DNA of 64,000 nt. Origin: Minisyncoccota bacterium (GTDB taxonomy: Bacteria > Patescibacteriota > Minisyncoccia > Phycocordibacterales > JBAYGS01). Positions 27,865 to 37,411 of this stretch are shown here, one piece after another; position 1 is the stretch's first letter, and each line of letters begins with the position of its first letter. The notes beneath the pieces were generated by a model that saw only the letters and a program-made list of their open reading frames with translations, searched no databases and was not told where the DNA came from. The stretch is from NCBI GenBank assembly GCA_041666545.1, contig JBAYGS010000001.1:89942-153941 (forward strand). The letters run 5' to 3'. The translations under genes and the position numbers were made by a program.

Positions 27865-28767
27865 TTGATATCATTGATTGATATGGAAAAATACTTATCG
27901 ACCGAAAATCTGGAAAGACATAGTCTTGGCGTAAAAGTCATTAGGATTTTTACTGTTCCTTTATTGAACAATCTACCCGCCTCCTTAGTCCAGAAAATGA
28001 TGAAAAAATCTAGCAAGGATGCCTCGGCCGTGGTAGAGAGGGGAGGATCGACTCATGCCCTCGAAGCCATGTATAGCCGCCACAGCCGGAGTATTTTTTC
28101 AAGAGGATTTTGGCAAGGACTGGCCGATAGTTTCTGGCATCATGTGATTTCTCAGCCAAAAGCGATTCGAAATCGGTTAAAAATTGTAGAGCTGGCGATT
28201 GAAAAGGAGCTTGTGAAAATAATCTCCGAGAAAAGTGTAGACACTGACCCCGTTAGGATTCTAAATGTTGGGGGCGGTTCGTCTCGAGCGATTATGCACG
28301 TTCTGAATCGAATCTTCCAAGACCACCCGAATGTTCAAATTAAGGTAACCAATATTGATAAAGATGCTCGAGCTATCGAGCTGGGTAAAAAGATTGCAGA
28401 GCAACAAAAGCTCGGCCACTGTTTTGAGTGGATTAATGACGATGCTCGTAATATCTCAAAACTGGTGAGCCCAGAATCATTCGACCTAGTTGAAATGGTT
28501 GGTTTGCTAGATTACTTTCAAAACGATCGAGGCACCCAAGTCATCGGACAAATCTATAATGCCCTCAAAGTTGGCGGTATGTTTATTGTCGCCAATGTTT
28601 TTCCGAATTCGGAAATGCCTTTTGTCTACAAGACTGGCTGGCCCAAAATGTACTACAAGACGCCTGAAGATATTCGCACGATTTTAAAGCAAAGCGGGTT
28701 TAACGCCGAACCCGACATTTTTACAGAGCCCCTGAAAGTTCATATAATAGGTGTTGTAAGAAAATAA
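27865..28767 (+). CDS. class I SAM-dependent methyltransferase
   Basis: Motif I ILNVGGGSSRA, acidic post-I residue, FIVANVF motif. Confidence 0.6.
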   Translation: MISLIDMEKYLSTENLERHSLGVKVIRIFTVPLLNNLPASLVQKMMKKSSKDASAVVERGGSTHALEAMYSRHSRSIFSRGFWQGLADSFWHHVISQPKAIRNRLKIVELAIEKELVKIISEKSVDTDPVRILNVGGGSSRAIMHVLNRIFQDHPNVQIKVTNIDKDARAIELGKKIAEQQKLGHCFEWINDDARNISKLVSPESFDLVEMVGLLDYFQNDRGTQVIGQIYNALKVGGMFIVANVFPNSEMPFVYKTGWPKMYYKTPEDIRTILKQSGFNAEPDIFTEPLKVHIIGVVRK

Positions 28768-28769
28768 TT

Positions 28770-30413
28770 ATGGAGATATTTGCGATATCGGGTTTAATCA
28801 ACGGGATTGTCGCCACCGCGTTCGGTGTTCTTGTTATTTTAAAAAACTGGAAGGATCGTTCGAACCAGTTATACTTTTTGATGACTGCAGCTCTAGCTCT
28901 CTGGTCTTTCAGCTATTGGCAGTGGCTTTTATCTAGTGACTACACAACCGCCCTCTTTTGGGTGCGCACCCTCTCTGTTGGATCATTGTTTATCCCAATT
29001 TTTTTCTTTCATTGGGTCATTCAGCTAACTAAAAATAGGACATATAACTGTGTTGTTCTAAAAATTGTCTACGCAATCGCCGTAATCATTATCTTTTTTG
29101 TAAATTCACCACTTTTTATTGCAAACCTAGAAGGTAAATCGATTTTTACCTTCTGGCCAAATGCCGGAATGGTGTATGACATTTATTTTTCTTATATTTA
29201 TGTCGGCTTAATTCTTTATACAATTTATATTTTGATCCGCTCGTATCGACTTGCCGCTGACAACGATCGCAAGGGACAGATTCTTTACATACTCATCGGA
29301 GCGATTCTTGGTTTTGGTGGCGGTCTGACAAATTTCCCACTTTGGTTCGGGATTCCTCTTCCGCCATATGGAAATTTTCTGGTCGCCGCCTTTCCATTTT
29401 TGCTAGGCTACTCAGTTTTAAAGTTTAAATTATTCGACGCAAAAACAATCGCCACCGAGCTCTTAGTTTTCTTCATCGAAATTATTCTACTTGTCCAAGC
29501 CGTTCTATCCAAGTCGGCTACTGAAGCAGTCCTCAAAGGGGGTCTTTTCATCGTTGTCGGAATCTTCGGCTATTTACTTATTAAAAGTGTGTATCGCGAA
29601 GTTGAGCAACGCCAACAAATCGAGCAATTGGCCGCTAAGCTTGAAGCGTCGAATGAGGCCCTGGAAGGGGTTAACAAAAATTTGGCGGTGGCGAATGAAA
29701 AGCTGAAGGAGTTGGATCAGCTGAAAAGTGAATTTGTGTCGCTGGCAACCCATCAAATCCGCGGCCCGCTTACCGCGATCAAGGGCTACGCGTCACTCAT
29801 TATGGAAGGAGATTACGGCCGAATTTCGGCCAAGGTGAAGGAGGCGCTCGACTATATTTATAAATCGACCGAATCACTTGTCCTCGTGGTTAGTGACTTC
29901 TTGGATGTCTCGCGCATCGAGCAGGGCCGAATGAAATATGATTTTAAAATTTTTGATTTTCGAGATTTGGTGAAAGAGATTGTCAATGAATTAAAACCGA
30001 ATATCGACAAAGCCGGCCTGAATTTTACTTTTGAATCCAAGGAGGAGGAAAAATTCCCAATCAACGGCGACCAGGTCAAACTCAAGCAGGTCATCGCCAA
30101 CATCATCGACAATTCGGTCAAATACACACCTAAAGGCTCCGTCAAAGTCTCCGTCACTAAGCATGGCAAGAAAATCAAGTTTGCCGTCAAGGATACGGGG
30201 GTGGGAATTTCGCCAGATACTCTGCCGAGACTCTTTGCCAAATTTAGCCGCGCCCAAGATGCCAGCTTGACCAACACTAGCGGCACAGGTCTCGGTTTGT
30301 ATCTCGCCAAAGCCATCATCGAAGCCCATCAGGGCAAAATCTGGGCCGAGTCGGAGGGGAAGGGGAAGGGTTCACAATTCTATGTCGAACTTGACGAAAC
30401 TAAGAAAATTTAG
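28770..30413 (+). CDS. sensor histidine kinase with N-terminal 7TM domain (no cognate response regulator in window)
   Basis: H-box HQIRGPLTAIKGY, N-box IIDNSVKYT, G1 DTGVGIS, G2 GTGLGLYLAK. Seven predicted TM helices. Confidence 0.85.
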   Translation: MEIFAISGLINGIVATAFGVLVILKNWKDRSNQLYFLMTAALALWSFSYWQWLLSSDYTTALFWVRTLSVGSLFIPIFFFHWVIQLTKNRTYNCVVLKIVYAIAVIIIFFVNSPLFIANLEGKSIFTFWPNAGMVYDIYFSYIYVGLILYTIYILIRSYRLAADNDRKGQILYILIGAILGFGGGLTNFPLWFGIPLPPYGNFLVAAFPFLLGYSVLKFKLFDAKTIATELLVFFIEIILLVQAVLSKSATEAVLKGGLFIVVGIFGYLLIKSVYREVEQRQQIEQLAAKLEASNEALEGVNKNLAVANEKLKELDQLKSEFVSLATHQIRGPLTAIKGYASLIMEGDYGRISAKVKEALDYIYKSTESLVLVVSDFLDVSRIEQGRMKYDFKIFDFRDLVKEIVNELKPNIDKAGLNFTFESKEEEKFPINGDQVKLKQVIANIIDNSVKYTPKGSVKVSVTKHGKKIKFAVKDTGVGISPDTLPRLFAKFSRAQDASLTNTSGTGLGLYLAKAIIEAHQGKIWAESEGKGKGSQFYVELDETKKI

Positions 30414-30483
30414 CTAGAATACAAGGGAACAGCCGATAGGTGTCGGATTTGCTCCAAAAAAACCCAAAATGAAAGGCGATTGT

Positions 30484-30633
30484 ATGGATTCCCAGGCCCA
30501 ACAACCCTTCATGTTCGGTTTCAAGGTTAGCGTCGACTTGAAAGAAGAGGTCGCTAACTCGCAGGCGTGTGGCGGTACCTACTACACCACAAGCTCCGGC
30601 GGAAGAGAAACCGAATATGATGAGGACCCGTAA
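30484..30633 (+). CDS. candidate graspetide (microviridin-like) precursor peptide
   Basis: 49-aa ORF absent from the track. Leader QQPFMFGF resembles the PFFARFL recognition motif. Core TYYTTSSGGRETEYDEDP is rich in Thr/Ser donors and Asp/Glu acceptors. RBS aaagg; alternative start at 30469. Confidence 0.4.
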   Translation: MDSQAQQPFMFGFKVSVDLKEEVANSQACGGTYYTTSSGGRETEYDEDP

Positions 30634-30678
30634 GTTTTGACGGAACAAGCACACACTTTGATCAGATCAGATTTCTAG

Positions 30679-31179
30679 TCAAAGTGTTTTTTTATTAAGT
30701 CTCACCAGTTTAGCTTTTATTTCCTTTAGGGTTGGGACATTAAACTCAATCCTTTCCGAGTCGGTCGTTTTTGGATCGATCGGAAACAGCTTCCACCTGC
30801 CGGTCTTAATGTTTCTCTGAAATTGAGTCCCGAATTTCTGCTTTAATCCTTGTTGGGTGAGAATTCGGTCTGTGACGGCAGCGAAAAGCCATTTCGCTGG
30901 TTTATAATTCCTTTCCATACTCCCATTGACAAGTCGCAAGGCAATTTTTGTGTCGGAGAGCTTGCCACTATGGTGAAATATCATAGCTGCGCAGTAAAAT
31001 TCCTTACCATTCTTTAGTTGTCCACTTTTAACTATCCGCTTAGCTTCTGCCAGTCGATAGTTGTCCCTCTTAACCATAAGAGCGAAGTCTTTTTCGAAAA
31101 GTTTCGCTTTTCTATCTCGTTGGCCAGCTAAGAACAGACCCACAATTTTACTCAATCTTTTCCTTGACATGTCTACCAT
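30679..31179 (-). CDS. hypothetical protein
   Basis: 166-aa ORF between the precursor candidate and the ATP-grasp gene. Confidence 0.45.
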   Translation of the reverse strand: MVDMSRKRLSKIVGLFLAGQRDRKAKLFEKDFALMVKRDNYRLAEAKRIVKSGQLKNGKEFYCAAMIFHHSGKLSDTKIALRLVNGSMERNYKPAKWLFAAVTDRILTQQGLKQKFGTQFQRNIKTGRWKLFPIDPKTTDSERIEFNVPTLKEIKAKLVRLNKKTL

Positions 31180-31231
31180 GCTATATTACTCTAATTTTGA
31201 AGTCAACCGAACATTCAAAAATTGAGGATTT

Positions 31232-32185
31232 ATGATTCTTATTCTAACCAAGTCCTACGACCCAACGGCAGATTTTGTCTGTGAAAAAGCAAAAATGCGC
31301 GGGATAGGAGTTCACAGGGTTGATCTGGACTCCTTGCCGAAAGAAGGAACAGTGTCGATCATGGGTAACGGCTCCTGGGCTATTGATGCCAACACCGGCA
31401 AAATCGATAGCAGGGAGATTAAAAGGGTGTGGCAAAGGCGAATTCCCACAATCAAAATGGGGTTTCCTGACCCAGAAGCAAACGAGTACGCGGAAAAAGA
31501 ATGGAGACTATTGTTTGAGTGGTGGATTAATTCACTTCCGGATGGCCGGGTGTTGGATCCCGAGCACCGGCTAAAATTCGCTTACAACAAACTCCTTCAG
31601 CTTCAGTGTGCGAAACGAGTGGGATTGACTGTTCCTGACACCTTGGTCACAACAGACAGGGTGCTAGTGGAGCAATTTTATGAAAAGCACGGTGGCATGA
31701 TTGTTGTCAAATCTCTTGGTGGTTTTGGTAAAGTCCATACCGATCGGCAAGAGTTTGAAGCGATCTATACGAGCCAAGTTACAGAAAAGGATTTGGCTAG
31801 ATTATCGGAATTGAAATGTGTGCCAGTTGTTTTCCAGACCTGTATCGAAAAACTCTACGAGATCAGGGCAACGGTCGTAGGTGATCAAATCTTCTCTTGC
31901 AAAATTGAGTCCCAAAAGAGCGAGAAAACTAAAATCGACTGGAGAAAATATGATTTCAAGAATGTGCCACATACTCAGATTGAATTACCACCCGCAATTA
32001 ATGAGAAAATTCTCTCTGTGATGAGCACCTTCGGAATTCACTTCGCCTCCTTTGATCTTGCGTTTGACCAGTCCGGCCAGTACATTTTTTTTGAAATGAA
32101 CCCTAATAGTCAATGGGTTTGGATTGAAAATCTCACCGGCATGCCGATAACCGAAGCGTTGCTAGACTATCTTAACTGCGACTAA
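31232..32185 (+). CDS. ATP-grasp peptide maturase (MvdD/MdnC-like graspetide ligase)
   Basis: Collinear blocks with microviridin MvdD: VWQRRI, KLLQLQCAKRVGL, VTEKDLARLSELKCVPVVFQ, IRATVVGDQIFS, IDWRK, YIFFEMNPNSQWVWIE. Confidence 0.7.
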   Translation: MILILTKSYDPTADFVCEKAKMRGIGVHRVDLDSLPKEGTVSIMGNGSWAIDANTGKIDSREIKRVWQRRIPTIKMGFPDPEANEYAEKEWRLLFEWWINSLPDGRVLDPEHRLKFAYNKLLQLQCAKRVGLTVPDTLVTTDRVLVEQFYEKHGGMIVVKSLGGFGKVHTDRQEFEAIYTSQVTEKDLARLSELKCVPVVFQTCIEKLYEIRATVVGDQIFSCKIESQKSEKTKIDWRKYDFKNVPHTQIELPPAINEKILSVMSTFGIHFASFDLAFDQSGQYIFFEMNPNSQWVWIENLTGMPITEALLDYLNCD

Positions 32186-32197
32186 AACAACCACGCA

Positions 32198-32224
32198 AAC
32201 CCGATGTATTTTGTCGGGTTTTTA
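32198..32224 (+). terminator. intrinsic terminator after ATP-grasp gene
   Basis: acccga-tgtattttg-tcgggt followed by ttttaaatttt. Confidence 0.6.
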
Positions 32225-32261
32225 AATTTTGCAATCTTTTGAAAAAATTATTAGGAGCTAC

Positions 32262-32333
32262 ATCTGGGCCGAGTCGGAGGGCAAAGGCAAAGGCAGCCAG
32301 TTTTATGTGGAGTTGGAGGCTAAACCAGATTAG
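32262..32333 (+). pseudogene. histidine-kinase 3'-end remnant (IWAESEGKGKGSQFYVELEAKPD*)
   Basis: Translates to near-identity with the last 20 aa of the 28770..30413 kinase. No start codon and no upstream kinase body. Confidence 0.6.
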
Positions 32334-32528
32334 TAAATTTGGTCGCCCGAACCGTTCGGAACGGTTTTAGGGAGGCGAGGGATTAGTTGAGAAGTTAAAA
32401 AGCCCCGACGCTTGTCGCAAGGTCGGGACCCCGACTGAAACGCCGGGGTTTTGAAGTTGGGAGGTTTGGAAGTTTAGAAGGTAGTGGACTTATTGCGCAT
32501 CCAATTTCGCTGTGGTATTATTTACGAT

Positions 32529-32735
32529 ATGAGCACAATCGCTATTCCCAAAACAATAACTAAGGGGGAGGAACTAGTCATTATTCCTAGACGGGAGTAT
32601 GATCGCTTTTTAGCCATTATTTCCGGCAATGAAGAAATAAAAGGTGATGATGTTCTACGCTGGTCTCGAGAAGCTAAAAGACTTAAAAGAGCTGGTAAAT
32701 TACCTCTTCTGAACTCTCTTAAAAATCTTTTGTAA
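32529..32735 (+). CDS. Phd/YefM-like antitoxin
   Basis: Small acidic protein; VIIPRREYDRFL resembles the YefM core. Overlaps/abuts the downstream RelE-family toxin. The ORF is open from 32484. Confidence 0.45.
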   Translation: MSTIAIPKTITKGEELVIIPRREYDRFLAIISGNEEIKGDDVLRWSREAKRLKRAGKLPLLNSLKNLL

Positions 32736-32743
32736 AAGATTGC

Positions 32744-32998
32744 ATGAAAATTTATTTTCATCCACGATTTGCAAAGTCATTTAGCAAATTGTCGACTACG
32801 CTCAAGGCAAGGGCAATCGATAGGGAAAAGATATTTCGAATTAATCCGTTTAATTCGAGTCTCGATACTCACAAACTTCACGGAAAATTAAGAAATCAAT
32901 GGAGTTTTTCGGTTAATAGAAAGTGTAGAATTATTTTTGAATTTGTCGACAAGAATGTCATATTCCTCGACATAGGGGACCACTCACTATATCAGTAA
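32744..32998 (+). CDS. RelE/ParE-family toxin
   Basis: HKLHGKLRNQWSFSVNRKCRIIFEFVDKNVIFLDIGDHSLY is the characteristic RelE/ParE C-terminal core. Confidence 0.7.
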   Translation: MKIYFHPRFAKSFSKLSTTLKARAIDREKIFRINPFNSSLDTHKLHGKLRNQWSFSVNRKCRIIFEFVDKNVIFLDIGDHSLYQ

Positions 32999-33007
32999 TT
33001 TTAGATT

Positions 33008-33112
33008 CTCGCCAAATCAATCATCGAAGCCCACCAAGGCAAAATCTGGGCCGAATCCGAGGGTAAAGGTAAGGGGAGTCAGTTTTATGTGGAGCTGGGG
33101 GCCAAGGAATAA
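33008..33112 (+). pseudogene. histidine-kinase 3'-end remnant (LAKSIIEAHQGKIWAESEGKGKGSQFYVELGAKE*)
   Basis: Near-identical at protein level to the last 35 aa of the intact kinase. No start codon. Confidence 0.6.
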
Positions 33113-33190
33113 TTAGGACTCGGTAATTTAAGCCCCCTCCTGTGAGGTACGCTACCTTAAAGGAGGGATATAACGAATTAAAATCATTTC

Positions 33191-33658
33191 ATGAAAAGAA
33201 ACCGTTCAGCTGGAATAGTAATTAAGGACGATAAAGTTCTTGTGATGCATCGTATCAATAGAGGCGATGAATACTGGGTATTTCCTGGTGGCGGACAGGA
33301 AGACGGCGAAACATCAGAACAAACAGCGGTCCGTGAAATTGATGAGGAAACAACCATCAAAGTAAAGGTAGGAAGACCCGTATATCACATTACCTGGGAT
33401 ACGGGTGAAGAGAATTTTTTCTACCTCTGCGATTACATTTCAGGAGAGCCGAAATTGAGATCGGACTCGGAAGAAATTCATCAGATGAAGAGTGGCAAAC
33501 AAGTATATGAACCAATGTGGATCGAGATTAGTAAACTGTCCGAACTCAAGCTTTATCAATTGGAAGTACGAGATTTATTCTTGAGAGACTATAAGTCTGG
33601 TTTTCTAGAGCACATGCAAGAATTATTCATTAAGCTCGCCGAGCGAAGACATAAGTAA
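33191..33658 (+). CDS. NUDIX hydrolase
   Basis: Nudix box GGGQEDGETSEQTAVREIDEETT. Confidence 0.75.
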   Translation: MKRNRSAGIVIKDDKVLVMHRINRGDEYWVFPGGGQEDGETSEQTAVREIDEETTIKVKVGRPVYHITWDTGEENFFYLCDYISGEPKLRSDSEEIHQMKSGKQVYEPMWIEISKLSELKLYQLEVRDLFLRDYKSGFLEHMQELFIKLAERRHK

Positions 33659-33677
33659 ATTTAATAACAAAAGCCAT

Positions 33678-34286
33678 ATGAAATCTGGCAAATTACTTCT
33701 AACATCAACAGGTTTATCTTCTGGAAATATCGCAAAAAGATTTCAGAGTTTTTTTGCTGATCCTAGAAGCCAGACTGTTGCAATAGTAACAACGGCGGCA
33801 GAAGGTAAGGATCAAAATAAATATTCTCAATTGGCAAAAAAACAGTTAGAGGAAATGGGATTCGTTAAGATTGATTTTGTTGATCTTGAGGCAGAGCCAA
33901 GCAGAGACTTTTCTTCATACGGAGTTATCTATGTATGTGGAGGAAACACTTTTAAGCTTCTCAAATTTGCCCGAGAAGCAAATTTTAAAACTTCAATTGA
34001 AAACCTCCTGAGTCGAGGTGGTGTATATGTTGGCGTTAGTGCCGGAAGCATTATTGTCGGTCCTTCAATTGACATCACCAACGAGGTAGAACCCGAACCA
34101 AATGATATCGGCTTAAAAGATCTTGCTGGTTTTAGCATTACTAATCTTATTATTCTTCCTCATTATTCCTCAGAAAAGGAGCCGGCAACGGCTGATTTTG
34201 AGAAAAAATACGGAGTGAGAGTTGAGCGCTTGAACGACTCCCAGGCTGCTCTCCTAGAAAACGGAGAAGAAACTATTGTTGAATAA
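33678..34286 (+). CDS. peptidase S51 family (dipeptidase E/cyanophycinase-like)
   Basis: GGNTFKLL and GVSAGSII motifs. 202 aa. Confidence 0.6.
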   Translation: MKSGKLLLTSTGLSSGNIAKRFQSFFADPRSQTVAIVTTAAEGKDQNKYSQLAKKQLEEMGFVKIDFVDLEAEPSRDFSSYGVIYVCGGNTFKLLKFAREANFKTSIENLLSRGGVYVGVSAGSIIVGPSIDITNEVEPEPNDIGLKDLAGFSITNLIILPHYSSEKEPATADFEKKYGVRVERLNDSQAALLENGEETIVE

Positions 34287-34317
34287 AAATGGAGACACAC
34301 TTGCGTATGTCTCCATG

Positions 34318-35073
34318 TTAGAGCAACTTCTCAATATTACCTGTCAGATCCTTCACCCTTTTCCTTTTAGAAAGTCCGAGGGCGATTTCATAGATAGGCC
34401 GGTCCGAGGGCCGAAGGAGAATTGCTTGTCGCTCAAGCGAACGGAATCCACGGAGGTACTGGCGGCTGCGTGCAAACGCCAACCTGATCATTGCAGCTGT
34501 AGCATCTGAGAGGCATAGCTCTCGCTCGATGGTTGCATTTCCATGCAATTTTTCAAGTGTTGAGAGTTTTTGTTTTATCTCTTCAGTGCACAACTCAATG
34601 ATGTTTTTCGAGAGCAAAGCAGGATAGGGAATAAGTAACTCCCTCAAGCGGTCACCGGTGTCGGTTACGTCGTACAAAGTTTCAGCCGTAGCCAAATCTC
34701 CGCACAACGCCTCCGGCAACCAGTACCCGGTAGCCCATGAGCGATGTTGACCGCCCAGGTTCTTGCCCTTGATCCATCCTTCAACCTGCCGAACAAGTAG
34801 GGCCACATCGCAAACTGCGACACCACCCGTACCCGCTGGTAGATCAAAGCGTACGCTATCGTCGCACACGAAAAAGTTTCCATCAGGCCATCGTTTTCTC
34901 AGTAAAGATTCGATGATGGACGAATATGTCTCAATTCTACCCTCATCGCAACCTGCCAAGAGATCAATTTTGCCTTCCGACGAATTCCTCTTCCGTCCGA
35001 CACGTAAGAGCATTTTCATACCCTGCATCTCACGCAGAACGTGAGCAAGATCAGAGGTTACGCTACTTTTCAT
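34318..35073 (-). CDS. hypothetical protein (last gene of overlapping 4-gene operon)
   Basis: 4-nt start/stop overlap with the upstream AlaRS-like gene. GC-rich. No confident motif; possibly a nucleotidyltransferase-like fold. Confidence 0.45.
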   Translation of the reverse strand: MKSSVTSDLAHVLREMQGMKMLLRVGRKRNSSEGKIDLLAGCDEGRIETYSSIIESLLRKRWPDGNFFVCDDSVRFDLPAGTGGVAVCDVALLVRQVEGWIKGKNLGGQHRSWATGYWLPEALCGDLATAETLYDVTDTGDRLRELLIPYPALLSKNIIELCTEEIKQKLSTLEKLHGNATIERELCLSDATAAMIRLAFARSRQYLRGFRSLERQAILLRPSDRPIYEIALGLSKRKRVKDLTGNIEKLL

Positions 35074-36188
35074 AGCGCCCCCTTTCCGCGTTTCGCTTCC
35101 TCAAACCCGATTAAGGCCTTTGGAAAACCGAATGTGGATGCCAGATACTCGATGTCTGATTCGGTTAGAGGGCCATCCCTGTGGTAAACGAGCTTTTGAT
35201 ACTCTTTTCTCCCACGCTCAAGGCCTTTCTCGAATTTTGACACCTCTTCAGCAAATACGGTTTTCACCGTCTCGGCCGAAGACCACTGGTTTCCTGATAT
35301 CATGACAAACTCATCAAATGGAATCGATGCCTGCTGACAGAGGATGAATGCTTCTCGGATAAGTTTCCGAAGAACATAGTCCGCTGCCTTGTTTCCAGGC
35401 CGAAGCCCTTGTGATACCAGGATCACCGCCGCCTTGCCGAGATCGGCTAAGCGACACATGTTGGCTTGATCCTGAACTTTGGATCGTTTAGTGAGAGAGC
35501 TGACCACACCTACCCAGTTCGAGTTTTCATAGTCGCTTCGGCTGCACTCAACGGCAGTTACGATGCGATCAATACTAGCCCCTGAATCGGCAGCAATCAT
35601 CTCCAGCGGAGATTCAAAGAGGACTTCGCCTTGGAATTGGGTAAAGACCAAGTTCCAAAGTTCCATTGACTTCCCTGTGCCTGGATTTTGCCAAACAATC
35701 TCCGTACGAACGCCGCATCGGTTCCGAGTCGGTGTATAAGTGACGTTTCCATCATTGCTGATGATCCTAACACCTAGCCTTTCCCAGATTCTTTGAGACG
35801 TTTCATCTTGTGGGTGCACGGTCGCTGACAGTGTGCTGGGATTAATACCTAAGCACACCGTCAAATATCTCCATGCACTTTCGATCATCACATCCTTCAC
35901 TTCAGCTTCTTTGTCCTCGTAGAGGGAAAAGTGGCCAAGCATGTCGAATGCTAGATGATGCCTTCCTGAACGACCGATTTTCTCCCATCCATCAGTTCTC
36001 AAGCAGGTTTGCACCGAGACGACGCGACTACTTTTGGGAGATGTCCCATTAGAGATCGCGTCTTCGAATACAACTCCACCAGAGATGTTAAACAGGAGTT
36101 TCGGATTTGAACTTGCGATCGGAACACTGTCTTGCCACTTGAAACCGAAGGTCCCGAAGTGGCGCTTTATTTCAGCATACGACTTCAT
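35070..36188 (-). CDS. AlaRS aminoacylation-domain paralog (standalone, divergent)
   Basis: QTCLRTDG..HHLAFDMLGHFSL..IESAWRYLT..ELWNLVFTQFQ aligns with AlaRS QKCIRAGGKHNDLDDVG..HHTFFEMLGNFSFGDY..IQFAWELLT..EIWNIVFMQFNR. No editing or C-Ala domain. Confidence 0.6.
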   Translation of the reverse strand: MKSYAEIKRHFGTFGFKWQDSVPIASSNPKLLFNISGGVVFEDAISNGTSPKSSRVVSVQTCLRTDGWEKIGRSGRHHLAFDMLGHFSLYEDKEAEVKDVMIESAWRYLTVCLGINPSTLSATVHPQDETSQRIWERLGVRIISNDGNVTYTPTRNRCGVRTEIVWQNPGTGKSMELWNLVFTQFQGEVLFESPLEMIAADSGASIDRIVTAVECSRSDYENSNWVGVVSSLTKRSKVQDQANMCRLADLGKAAVILVSQGLRPGNKAADYVLRKLIREAFILCQQASIPFDEFVMISGNQWSSAETVKTVFAEEVSKFEKGLERGRKEYQKLVYHRDGPLTESDIEYLASTFGFPKALIGFEEAKRGKGAL

Positions 36189-37411
36189 GTGGAACCTCCC
36201 ATTGCCAAGTGTTTGAATACAGTCTGCCTGACTGCGTAGGTGAACTTGTTCATCACGGGATGAGTGACAAGTCCGTGGTTAGTGTCCCAACTTACGACAT
36301 GAGCCGGAATCCCGAGATTATCCAATATTGCCTGAGCACGTTCGATGTTCATGGAATATGCTGATCCATGAGCACAGATTTGCCGCTGAGCAAGAGGACA
36401 ACGAGACTCCTCACACTCGTGTCTGGCAAATGCCTGAACCGAAGTGATGCTAGGAATCTTGAGCATCCGAGTAAGCGCGCATGAGGATTTCAGGTATACT
36501 GGAACTCCAGAGAAGTGTTCAGCGCTCAAGGAAAAGATAAAGTCTATCAGATCTTGAGGCAGCATCTTCACATTGTCATTCTTAGGAATTTTTGGCATGG
36601 GAAGTTTGTGAATCTCCACCAGGCCATTTTCGATACCTTCAGTCCAACGCAATCCTCCAGGGATGATCATGTCAATGACGTTGCCATAGTGCTTTTCGAC
36701 CCAGAGCATCATCATTTCGATGCGATCCTTGTTTCCGCTCCATTCAGGAACGATCGGTCGCATGTACCATGCGATGGTGGCACCAGCTTCCTTTGCTTCT
36801 TCAGCATTCAGAAAGCGGTTGTTGTGAGCAGGTTCAATCGTATCAGGATTGTCTGCCCAGCACAGAGACAACATCAAGCCCCGCGTCGCATTTGTGATGC
36901 GGGCGATATCGAGCTTTCTCCCTTTCGGAACGCCACCTTTAGTGACGATCCAAAAGGGATTTCGCAGACCACGTTGCACGAATGCTTCCATGATCTCGAA
37001 TGTGCTATCTGTGACCGGTCCAGGAGCGAACGGTTCAGTGCTTGCGGTTCCGATGCTGATGATTGTCTCATTTGCAACGAAGAATGGATGCTTGATCAGT
37101 TCGTCGATGATTTGGTCAACGGTGAACTGATTGCGTCGCCTCGGTCTTTTCGGCATTGTGCCTTGATCAGCAAGATCCTGATTGGTGTCTTGCACGTGGC
37201 AGTATCTGCACTGCCACGAGCATCCAATCCAGAGATCAATACTCAGTGAGCTGTTAGACACACTGACGCACGAGAGGGGATGATTACTGTCAGGAACAAG
37301 AACTCCATACGTGTATTCACGCACAGAAAATTCTCGGCCCGTAGTCATCCCGTTGATTGTGACACGCGGTTCCGAACTGGCTGCCGCGAAGTATTCCTGT
37401 TTGGAATTCAT
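36185..37411 (-). CDS. radical SAM enzyme
   Basis: CSWQCRYC is the CxxxCxxC 4Fe-4S/SAM motif. 408 aa. Possibly SPL/COG1533-like. Overlaps both neighbours by 4 nt. Confidence 0.65.
   Translation of the reverse strand: MNSKQEYFAAASSEPRVTINGMTTGREFSVREYTYGVLVPDSNHPLSCVSVSNSSLSIDLWIGCSWQCRYCHVQDTNQDLADQGTMPKRPRRRNQFTVDQIIDELIKHPFFVANETIISIGTASTEPFAPGPVTDSTFEIMEAFVQRGLRNPFWIVTKGGVPKGRKLDIARITNATRGLMLSLCWADNPDTIEPAHNNRFLNAEEAKEAGATIAWYMRPIVPEWSGNKDRIEMMMLWVEKHYGNVIDMIIPGGLRWTEGIENGLVEIHKLPMPKIPKNDNVKMLPQDLIDFIFSLSAEHFSGVPVYLKSSCALTRMLKIPSITSVQAFARHECEESRCPLAQRQICAHGSAYSMNIERAQAILDNLGIPAHVVSWDTNHGLVTHPVMNKFTYAVRQTVFKHLAMGGST

Noticed and set aside
36515-37249. 244-aa plus-strand ORF
   Set aside because: It is antisense to the radical SAM gene, which carries a CxxxCxxC motif. 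No independent support.
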